A DNA stretch of 64,000 bases from the human T2T-CHM13v2.0 reference genome, Homo sapiens. A program made the position numbers and the translations under genes. Shown here in pieces: positions 52,125 to 64,000 of this stretch. The notes beneath the pieces are model-generated. The model saw only the letters and a list, made by a program, of their open reading frames with translations, was not told the DNA's origin and did no database searches. The stretch lies in the NCBI RefSeq assembly GCF_009914755.1, contig NC_060937.1. One strand, 5' to 3'. Position 1 is the stretch's first letter; every line of letters begins with the position of its first letter.

Positions 52125-54676
52125 ATATTCTTTCAATTTCTAAGGCTTTTTGTTATATAAATGGGGCATTCAGTCCAAGGGGGTTGGCTTAAAGCAACAG
52201 CACTGGTGCTTGTGAGAGTATAACTAGAATGTAACTCATAAAGTATGAATGAACTTGGGTTTTCTATCTCTCAGGGTGGAGAGCCTGGAGCACTTTTTTC
52301 AGTGCTATCCTCCGTCGGGGGTTGTTTTCTTCCACGGGGTTCTACTAAAATCTTGGTGGGGTCCTGGACGAACCGGGGAGACTGTTCATTTACAATTCAA
52401 AACCTTTTATAATCTAGCCCCACCTGCATCCCCATCTTTTTTCCTTCCCCAAGTTGGGCTGAACTGGGCTACTTAGAATTAGAACCCTGGAGCGAGACTG
52501 CACATTCATGTTCACTATTTTTCCCTGGGCCTGGAGAGCCTTCCCCTACCTGTCTGACAGTTGAAATCCTGATTATTCTTCAGGACCTGATTTGGTCATC
52601 ACTACATCTGCAAGACCTGCCCCAGTCCCCTATTCAGGAAGGATGTTCCCTCTCTGTTCATAACTCATTGGAACACGTTTTCCAAGCTAAACTGAAGCTA
52701 TGTCTGTGTGTACGTCTGCCTCCTGAACTGAACTGAAGGGTCCTTGAGGGAAGGGTCCATCATTTTCGCATTCCGCCTGCTTAGCATCATCCCTTGCACA
52801 CAGCATGTCTCAATAAATGCTTCTTGAATTTGACCGTTGATTCAAAATACAGGAGAAAGTAATAGTGTAGGTACCATAGTGGCTGATTCATGTGTTTTCA
52901 AAAGTTCAGGCTTGTTTAAACCCATAACAGGTTCTATCCATCAAAAAAAATGTTCTACTCACCAGTTCTGACTTAGAGAAATGTGGAAGCTATCAAAGAG
53001 AATTGATCAGTTTATAAAATATCTATGGCCCTGTTGGTCTATGAGAACAAAACACAATCGATACCATTATTAGAAAAGAACCAAAGGATTATAAAACAGA
53101 AATATAGGTTTGGGATTAAAATATGTTAAAAGAGTATTTTTGATACATGAACATCTCAAGAAAGATGAATCGTTTCTTATTCGTCTTTGTAGCTCCCTTT
53201 GCATATCTTAATATTGTGGCACACCACAGGCATTCAATTTCTGGATTGAATAATGTGTGTTGGGGAGTCACATTTTATTAGCTTATATTGAGTAGTACAA
53301 AGAAAAAATGATTTTACCCTGTCCTGGGTCTTGCAGTAAAAGCCTTTAATAAGTGCAGAGAAATTATACTTGTGCATTGAGCAGAATCATCTGCAAAGCT
53401 ATGACTAAACAAAGTGCGTCTGGGCACATACAGAGCAGCAGAGGCTGTCCCCAGGGCAGAGACCATTCTGAACATAGTCCTTGTCATGATCAAATAATAT
53501 CTGACATCACAATAGCTCTAATGTTAGCATCTGTTGGGTATTCAAATGGACTTATGAGGTATATTTTGGTACCAACAAGAGGAGTGCTTTCACTCAAATG
53601 AAAAGCATCTTTAGCTTTTCTCATCAGTCAGAGGAAGATGGGTCGATGAGGTGTTTGTGGACCAATAAACTATCAGAAGAGACATTATTTTCAAGAGGCT
53701 TTTTTCATTATGAAGTTTCACCTACTCCATCTGCAGATTTAACAGGAGTACACAAATAGTGATGCCTCTTCCTTATAGTAAAACATGAAAGAGCATAAAA
53801 TATTTATGTTGGCCAACAGGAAATTCGGCCTGAAGTGACACTTTGGTTTGCAGATGTACACCGAAACATTGCTGCACAGCTTAATGTCTCAAATTGCCTG
53901 TAAATGAAATTTTTGTTAAAAAATCAAAACAAAACAGTCTCCTTTTCAAAGGAGATGTGAATGTTTTATCTCTAATATGCTATGGTAACATGCTATGGTC
54001 AGAAAACATATGCTATAATAGGAGAATTTGCTCATGGTCATTTTCTGGATTAAATAGGAAATTGGAATTGAGAAAAGTATGCAAATAGATCCCACCTGTT
54101 GTTGATGAGATTATTAGGTCATTAAAATTTCCCTCTTCTTCAGAAATTTAAATTTCAAATCTTGCAACATTCTTGGATTGTTTTGAGCATTTTATTCATC
54201 ACGTTACAGAAATCCGCTTGAAAAGAAATAGCTCCTTCAAGTCTTTCTGCCAAGACTTTTATATAATTCCAAGAAGAACCTGCTCTTTTCAATGCTATGG
54301 TATTGTGGTTTTTTTCTTCCAGTTTTAAAAATCAAGTTTTATTTTGATTTCTAGGGACATACCTTTAATTTCCTAGAAGTAAAAAATGTTTTTCAAAACA
54401 GCTAAATCCTTATGTACATGAATTCAGTAAAGGTGGTTCTTTTTGTTTTTGGTATTTTACAACTGAAGTGTTGTTTTTTTCTTTTGCAAATATGAAGGAC
54501 AAAGTCTGGTCCTTTCTCAGAGAGAATATGCTACATGTAGTGGATTAGTGGCACTACAACTGCTATAAAGAACAGTTACCATTTGGATGTGTGTGAGAAA
54601 CGCTGCTCCTCCTTGAATTAGAAAAGTCCCGCAGGCTTGCCTGGTTAAATTCTCTAAATGCATGAAATATACTTAC

Positions 54677-54817
54677 ATTCTGGAAATCATTAACTGCAAT
54701 TGCTTCTTCAGCTCCACTTCCCATTTTAAAGGTCTCCAAGTTGTTCCCAGCGTCTATTTCCATTGACCCATCTTGTAATTTCCCATTGATACTCATGGTG
54801 TAATGGACATTGTAAAT
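54677..54817 (-). CDS. CNMD: CNMD exon 3: IYNVHYTMSINGKLQDGSMEIDAGNNLETFKMGSGAEEAIAVNDFQN
   Basis: tttCAG acceptor 54820-54818, donor GTAAGT at 54676. 141 nt. Confidence 0.97.
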
Positions 54818-57028
54818 CTGAAAGTGAGCATAAGAGTTAGTGATGCTTTCTTTTTTGAGCAATTCAGGGCTTATCTTTAGAAGGGCAGTGTATGAGGTAG
54901 TGTCCATATGTTTCAGAGATACATGAGATAGTCCTTAATAATAATACATTTATATATGATGACTTCATTCATACAACAATCAGTTAATGCAATGATTTCC
55001 TTAAAAATACCTTAAGAGTAAAGACTTTGGTTGCCTCTGACACCTATTCCAATAGCTCCATAATTTGCAATGCTGGCTGTACTTTAGAAGCATCTGGGTA
55101 GACTCTCTGGGTACCATGCCTGGGTTTCACCCTGGACAAATCAAATCAGAAGCTGTGGGAAGGGCGCTTGGGCATAGGTCTTTCTTTTTCTAAAGCTCAA
55201 TTCTATTATGCATCTGGGTTGAGCACTATTGATGGATAAATGGAAATTGAGGAGGCAGAAGGTTAATTGGGCTCCCAGCTGAACACGTCTGCAGTGGCAC
55301 CTCAGTTTCACAAGTTGTTTTCATCCTTTGGTCAAGATTAGGCATGCAGTGTCTCAGGTATATGGTATATGGTATTAGGTATATGGAAAGGACTGCAGAC
55401 AGGACCAGGGTATGCTTGATATAGAGCAGCATGTGTGGAGAGGAAGGCCAATGTGCATGTTTGTTTCAGCTCAAAATGGTAGTACTCCCTGAACGATTCT
55501 ATGGGGCAGGCCCATGGTGCTGTAGGGCATTTTGTTATGAGATGTGTGGGGAGTGTGGAAGAGGGGAAGGGACCTGGCACTGCAGAAGAGCATCGGTCCA
55601 GTAATCAGGAAAACAGGTGGCCACACCACTCATCTCTGGATCTTGTGAGTTGCCACGAGTGTATAATGAAGTTGGACCTCATAGGTGGCTTTCATCTATG
55701 TCCTTAGAACTGTTGGGATCTCCCGGGCATGGCCTAGAGGTGAGGATGGCACTGTGGCACTCTGTTCTCTCCTGTCCATCCATAGTCTAACCAGAGTGGC
55801 TCTGCTTTTTCTGTCTTATGTGTTGCATTTCTGAGTAACATTTTGTTAGAAAGACAAATTTCAATACTTAAAACATTTCTTTTTTAAAGTTTGCCACTAA
55901 TTAGCTGACCTAAAGGGCTCAGACACCTGATTACTGCACTGGTTTCAAAATAACTCAGACGCTGCTCCTGCTCAGTGTGCTGCTGTCCTGGTAGACCTTT
56001 CTGTGTGGCAGAGCTAGGAGGTGGGTTTCTTTTTTTTTTGGATTTAGATGCATAGGTATATCTATATATCTTACATATGATATATTACATATCATGTATA
56101 AATTATAGATTATATATACACATATATATAAATCTTTAAAGTGGAGGAATGAGAACTGATGAAAAACTGTTGCTACTTAATATCAGGTCAGCCAGTCAAA
56201 ACTGCAAATAGCTCAGATCCAATTCAAGTCTGATTTTTCTTCCTCATTATGAAGAGTGACTGCTACATGCACAAACACTGGAAAAAGGATCTGTTATTGT
56301 TGGATCCATTTCTTGAAGAAAACTCATTATTACAAGACCCACAGTGCACTATTTTATTATCAGCAGAGATACAGAAATGGCTTTGCTATCCAGCACCCTT
56401 TTAGGAACAGCATTCATTCAGCAGGACAGAAAATACCAGTGTCCTTTTTCAGCTCAACCATCCCTCATTGCCCCTCCTTCCCTGTCTCTTTCTGAAGAAC
56501 TTAGATGTCTGCAATTTACTGTCGTCTCCTAGGCTTCCCTGATCACAAGAACCACTCCTGGGGGTTCTGATTTAGTGGAGCTAGAGCACAGCCCACCAGT
56601 CTCTTTTCCCCTTTCCCCTCAGGTGGCCCTTATGATCAGCCAGGTTTGGGAAACCTGTTTTCTTTGGCTGAGACGGGACTCCTGCAGGTGAAGTTTGGAA
56701 AGAAGGCTCTGTTCTGTCCGGTGCTCTCTGAGCAGCCAGTGTTCATATGGGTCAGTGATGACTGTCAGAAGGAGCCTGGCAGGAAACACCCATGTGAGTG
56801 TCTTCCACTCATATGACAAGAGGTTCTGTGTTTTTTTTAAGAACATTGCACATAAGCTTTTACTAGTAAAGCAATGCAACATTTAAGAACATAACCATTT
56901 CTAAATTCTTAGCAGTTCTTAAGGAGATAAGGTTGTCACACTAGAAGAGTGGCCTGTGGTTTGAATTTCACATTCCTCCACCACTACCCCTGGCTGTCTT
57001 CTCCCCAGAAAGCCTCCCTAACTAGGTG

Positions 57029-57888
<860 letters not shown>

Positions 57889-60490
57889 TGCAGCCCACCT
57901 TTTATGTGCACTGCACCATCTGCATGGGGACAGCAGTGAAGCTGTCCCCCTCCTGAAGCTACTAGGGGAGGATGTGGGGGGAGGAGGCAGTCCAGTTTCT
58001 AACATACTAGACTCTGAGCTGGGGACGAGGCTGGGCTGTTGGAGCAGCAATTACCTTATCTGCTCTAAGTCCGTGGAGCTGTGGACACCCAAGGCTATTT
58101 TTATCCAAACAAGATGAAATTTATTATTTGCCAAAATTCTGCTCAATATGGTGCCTTTTACAGCCAAGGATATTTGCTAATGAGTTTTTAATAAGGCCTA
58201 TGTTCTATAAGATTAATTACATAATGTTTGGGAAAATGTCTAGAAAAATTAGTCTGAGAGGAAAGGCCCCAAGCAATGATCTCCTTCCCTCATCTCACAG
58301 GGTGGGGTTGTCAGTTATCTCATATTGATGGAAATTTCCCATATTTCAATGCCTTGTTCCATTTACAATAATGTGGATGAAAAATGGCCTCAATATTGGA
58401 GCCCAGTTCAGTTGTCCCCTGATTATTATTACTCCAGTGCTTCATAGTCCTCCAGCTAAATTTCAGTAAACCTGTCCTAAGGGGATTTACCCACATGAAA
58501 AGGATAGGAGGTGAATTACAGCTGGTTCTCCTCTATAAACCAATATAGAGGAGCCGAGGCACAGATAATCCCCAAAGAGTGGATAATCCATTTGGTTTGA
58601 CAAGTCTTTCTGTTTGACAAAGACTTACCTTTTTTGATTACGTTTTGTCTGAGCTATTTAGATTTGTATTCAGGCAAAGCAGACCTGTGCATGTGCTATG
58701 CCTAGGTGGTGCAAAAATTACTCTATTTAGTATTTTGTGATTTGTTTTTCATACTTAAGTCATATGGATCAGGGAGAAAAAAACTATCATGATTTTCTTC
58801 ATTCTCCTGTCTGTATAGGATATAGCAATAATTTTGATTGTTGACAATAAAATGTGATTCACTATTCCTCTGAATTCTTAGCATTTAATACTGCTCTCCT
58901 GAACCAGACAACCAACCATCTTGCAGTAAAGTAAAATATATGAAAAAAGGGAGCTGTGCTTATTCAGTATGATTGTTTAATCTCTCTTTTTAGAAGCCTG
59001 TCAGTTAGTGATGTTTACCTTGAATAATTAAATGACAAATGGTATTCATTTTAAAATATATCATGTCCAGAATCTTTACCAAAAAAAAGCATAGCTATTG
59101 TTATCCCCCATTGACCTATACCATTGAGGCTTTGTTATTTAAAAGATAGCATTTACATTCTAAAACCACAGAATTTCCCAAAGAGATGACAATCTAAACC
59201 CTGCTATTAATGGAGATGTAGATATTGAAATCATTCTCTTATTCACATTTGCTGTTTCAAACATGAGCATCTGGCCCAGCTTCTATATTTAAAATACAAA
59301 TACATTAAGGCACTTTTCAAATACCCACAAAATACAGTGCAATTCTGATCTTACAAATCGATGCTTGTAAATTTGATATAGTCTCTAAAACAGACTCGGT
59401 GCTAAATGGCATGCTTATCTACATTAGACATTTGAGTTAAAAATACAAATTATGCAGTGACTGCAGAAGACGTGATGTGTAAAATGGTTGAATTGCTTTC
59501 AGCACCATTTTCTGTAAGTACTGGAATTCGTTCATGCTTTGCATTTCATGGTAGGAGAGAGGAAAAAACAGCAATCACCAATCCTCTGAGGATAGTGATT
59601 ATGAAAGAGCCCTTTGTGTGTGCCCTGGAGATGGAATTCTTTTCCATTAGTTGAAATAAGCTTATACCAGACCTGGCAGTGGTCATCAAGATAAAATGCC
59701 CCCTTTTACATAGGTGAACACTTTCAGAGTATTTAGAGAACACACTGGAGCTCTGCCCAGTCAACTTAGAAACAGTCTTTATACTCCTCGAGAGCCGTGG
59801 AGCTTTAAAATAAATAGTTGCATACAAAGAAAGTAGGACAGCAGTTAGTAAAACACCTACTATTAAACCACATGTGATGACTAGGCCAGAATTAATTGTT
59901 AAAGAGATTTTCCACCTTTAAGGAAGTTAGACGTTTTGTTTGTTTGTTTGTTTTTTGTTTTTGTTTTCCAGAGAGAGAAGGGAATGTTCATGGCTAGGTC
60001 ACAAAAAAACCTTCTGAAAGGCAAAAATTCCTTCCCAATGGGTCTGAATATGGGTCTGAATATTCCTCCACTATCTTTGTCCTGGATTTTAAACCCACAG
60101 CCTTTCTTAGCAGGGACAGGCCTTAGAGATCGTCCAGTTCCATTTTTTCCCTTCAGGACGAGTACACTGAGGCCAAAAGGTGACGTGCCTTCCCCACGGT
60201 CGCGCCACTGCTTAGTGGGAGATGAGCCGAGAACGGCCTTTCTCGGACCGTCCACTACATTCTCCCCTACTCTACGCTTCAATCTTCTCCCGTGAAACCT
60301 TCACTTGCTTTTCTACAACGTTGACCTAAGGCGGAAAGCCGCGTGCCAGAGTGGGATGGGAGAGGGGAGCTCACGCTGGGCCCGAGGGGCCCGCCGGCAG
60401 CCGCGCGCCCCTCGCCGGCCCGCGCTCGGGCTCCCCCTAGGGGCACCATGGGCGACACGGGGGTCCCCGCGCGCCGCCCTCTGGACTTAC

Positions 60491-60631
60491 GTGACTGTCG
60501 CTCCCCTTCCAGAAGTAGAAGGCCCCGATGGCCCCAAAGAGCAGCAGCACAGCTCCCGAAATGAGGACCACGGCTCCCACCTTGAGCAGCCGCGCGGGGC
60601 TGGAGGGCTTCACCGTCAGCGTAGCGTACGC
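60491..60631 (-). CDS. CNMD: CNMD exon 2 (type II transmembrane helix): AYATLTVKPSSPARLLKVGAVVLISGAVLLLFGAIGAFYFWKGSDSH
   Basis: ccgCAG acceptor 60634-60632, donor GTAAGT at 60490. 141 nt, with a hydrophobic segment. Confidence 0.97.
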
Positions 60632-61089
60632 CTGCGGGCCGGGGCGGGAGAGGGACCGTCGCGTTTGTGCCGCCAGCACCTGCGGCCCCCAGCGCACCCG
60701 GGCCCCACGCGGTAGCCCCCAGGGAGTGGGGAGTCGGGCGGGAAACAGCTCGCCCGGGCTCCTACGGGTGCCCCTTTCGCCGCGCTCCCTCCCGAGGGTC
60801 CTTTGCAGTCGGGCGTGGAAGTGGGATGAGCAAACCCCGCAGCACAGGGCCTTCGCCCCAGGACCTGCACCCTCTACCGGCCACGGGACGTCCCTCCGCA
60901 CCCGCCTGTGGATGCCGTGACCCCTGCACACTCATACGCGTGGGGCGACATCCCACCCACACATTTGGGACCCAAATTTATCCCCCCGCCAACACACCCA
61001 TTCGGTGGCACGCACCCCTGAGTCCGAACTGTGGAACCTGATACTCACACAACCCAGGCCCTGCGTGTGGAATCCCTGGCGGTACTCAC

Positions 61090-61161
61090 CGGGGGGCTGC
61101 AGAATTCCACGTCATCAGGTCCCACCAGGGCAATGGGAACTTTGTCGGAGTTCTCTGTCAT
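61090..61161 (-). CDS. CNMD: CNMD exon 1 coding part: MTENSDKVPIALVGPDDVEFCSPP
   Basis: ATG in gcaaacATGa (A at -3), donor GTGAGT at 61089. Confidence 0.96.
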
Positions 61162-61948
61162 GTTTGCGGCGGGAGGAGTGAGGCACTTGGAGACTCCCTG
61201 GGCACCCTGGGATCTGTCCCGCTGCCCCGACGTGCAGGGCATTTCAACGCCGCGCGCACACACGGTGCACGGTCCCGCCTGGGCCAGCCCAGCGGTCCCC
61301 ACCCCTTCCAGCGCCTCACCTCTCTCCTCCCTTCTCTCTCCCGCCGCGGGAAGCTCGTCCTGCACTCCCGGATGCCCCCTTTCCTCCTCACTCTATCCTG
61401 TCTACTGGCCCCCCAAACAGCATCCCGGTGACTCTGAATGTGTGGGGGTGGTTGCATCCCTCAGAGCGGGATGCTGAATCCTGGGACCCAAAGAAATACT
61501 CAAGTGCCAGAGCAATTAGCCATGCACCGGAGGATGTCTTAGAATGTCAGCGGGCTCTGCTGTGACAACTGGCTGGAGGCCATTTCCTGCAGGGTCTTTG
61601 TAGGTGTGTGTTGGGGTGGGGGTGGGGGGAAGATGGCTCATGGAAGGTGAAGGAGAAGACAACAGAGTGGTGCAGGTGGACAGGGGACACTGGCCTAAGA
61701 GTGTAAGGGTTAGGCCACCTTCTCACTGGCCTGGCATTGCTGGATGGCCCCTGGGACTGGAAAACAGAGCAGGGTCTTAGGGATGGCTCCTTGCCACCAG
61801 TTTTTCTAGGGTCTGGGTACAACTGCAGCAAAAGTGAGAGCTAAGCAGAGCAGGGCTGGAGGGAAGGAGTTGGGGAGACCAGAATAAAAGTGCATGCTGG
61901 TTGGTTGAATAAATTAAATAAGTGCAAACAAAAGCAACAATGGCAAAG

Positions 61949-61982
<34 letters not shown>

Positions 61983-62007
61983 TGATGTATCCAAAGGAAT
62001 AACACAA

Positions 62008-62055
<48 letters not shown>

Positions 62056-62056
62056 A
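61949..62056. repeat. (CA)14, 32 bp spacer, (TG)16, then (TATG)n
   Basis: Read directly from the sequence. Confidence 0.95.
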
Positions 62057-62929
62057 TAAAATTTTCACTTTTGGAAATGCCATCTTCCAGTTCCAGGATA
62101 CATGGTACTTCATTTGGATCCAGGCTTCCTTAAATTGCGTTCGATTCTAGCTTTGTGCAGAGCTCTCTGGTGAGGTGTAAGTGAGGAGCACTAGTGCATG
62201 AGAGGGATTGAGGCTTCCCCAAAGGGCAGCGGGAGATTGCATGTGCAGGACTGCAGAAGGAGAAAGTGTTGAAGAATCATCCAAGACATGTGATGAAGAA
62301 TGAGGTGACAAGCATGATGACCTGGGGCTGGGAAGGAGGGGAGAAGTGGAGGAGACCACTTTCACAGAAGAATCGATAGGACTTGGCAATTCCTGGGCTG
62401 TGGGAACTGAGTTTTCAGACCTAGGAGGATTGGGAGAGTGATAGGAACCCTAGGGAAGTGAAAAAATTGGAAGAAACAGTTTTAGACATGTTGAGCTTGA
62501 TGTGGGGATGAAAAGTAAAAGAGCCAAGGAAATGTCCTGAGCCTGCATTGGAATCAGCTATGGAAACAGCTGTCTGCACATCACACTAGACTTAAGGTGC
62601 TTGGAAAAAACTCCAGCAAGATCTCCAGCCAGGGCTCATCCCTGGGGCACTGCTGAGGCAGAGTTCAAAGACCTCTTTTCACAAGGGCATTCTTCACAGG
62701 AATTTTGGTGAAGGAATAAGAGAAGTAACTGTCAGAGAGGTGGGAGATGGTACAATATAAAGTAGTACATGTAATTTTAAAGGCACATTCAAGAAGGGTG
62801 GGTCAGCAGTGTCAAATGCTGAAAAAAAATGAGCACAGAGAAAGGCCTTGGAAGGGCACAACCAAGAGGCCATGGGAACCAGCGAGAGAGTAGTTCCATT
62901 TGCTTCCCTGGGCACAGAAGACACATTGC

Positions 62930-64000
<1,071 letters not shown>

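Larger units (their letters stand above)
60190..61440. promoter_or_regulatory. CpG island covering the CNMD promoter, exon 1, intron 1 and exon 2
   Basis: Sharp rise in GC and CpG density relative to the AT-rich flanks. GGCGGG boxes on the - strand near 61274 and 61340. Confidence 0.85.

Noticed and set aside
51498-52136. 212 aa ORF as a domesticated gene
   Set aside because: It is the C-terminus of L1 ORF2 in a TSD-flanked truncated copy, and its apparent start lies in the TSD.
58528-58553. Perfect 10 bp hairpin CTCCTCTATA-aaccaa-TATAGAGGAG
   Set aside because: About one such stem is expected by chance in 64 kb, and it is too short for a pre-miRNA.
60038-60061. Perfect 12 bp tandem duplication (ATGGGTCTGAAT)2
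   Set aside because: An ordinary slippage micro-duplication with no evident functional motif.
61158-61457. 99 aa upstream ORF whose TGA overlaps the CNMD ATG (ATGA)
   Set aside because: Its start lies ~300 nt upstream of the CDS, probably beyond the TSS, and long open frames are expected in GC-rich DNA.

Overview
Primate DNA, almost certainly human, recognised as the SUGT1/CNMD locus (recalled as 13q14.3). The + strand carries the last two coding exons of SUGT1 (SGS domain; 1392-1573 and 9153-9254), followed by several poly(A) signals including a strong distal one at 22317, which would imply a ~13 kb 3'UTR. The - strand carries the complete 7-exon CNMD (LECT1, chondromodulin-I) gene. Its CDS runs 61161->25044 and splices by GT-AG rules into 334 aa (type II TM helix, BRICHOS domain, RERR furin site, Cys-rich mature peptide), under a CpG-island promoter. 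The rest is Alu, L1, L2, MIR, MaLR LTR and DNA-transposon remnants plus microsatellites. Most ORF-track entries are repeat-derived noise. I found no credible new gene or new biological system. The best second-look items are: a near-full-length L1PA apparently carrying a ~490 bp 3' transduction; several locally templated repair scars, including a tandem duplication with a snap-back hairpin junction; an in-frame upstream AUG in CNMD; a CAGCAGCAG triple acceptor; an Ile175 allele; and inverted (CA)n/(TG)n tracts beside a SOX motif upstream of CNMD. Repeat families, subfamilies and boundaries were called by eye from remembered consensus sequences and are approximate.
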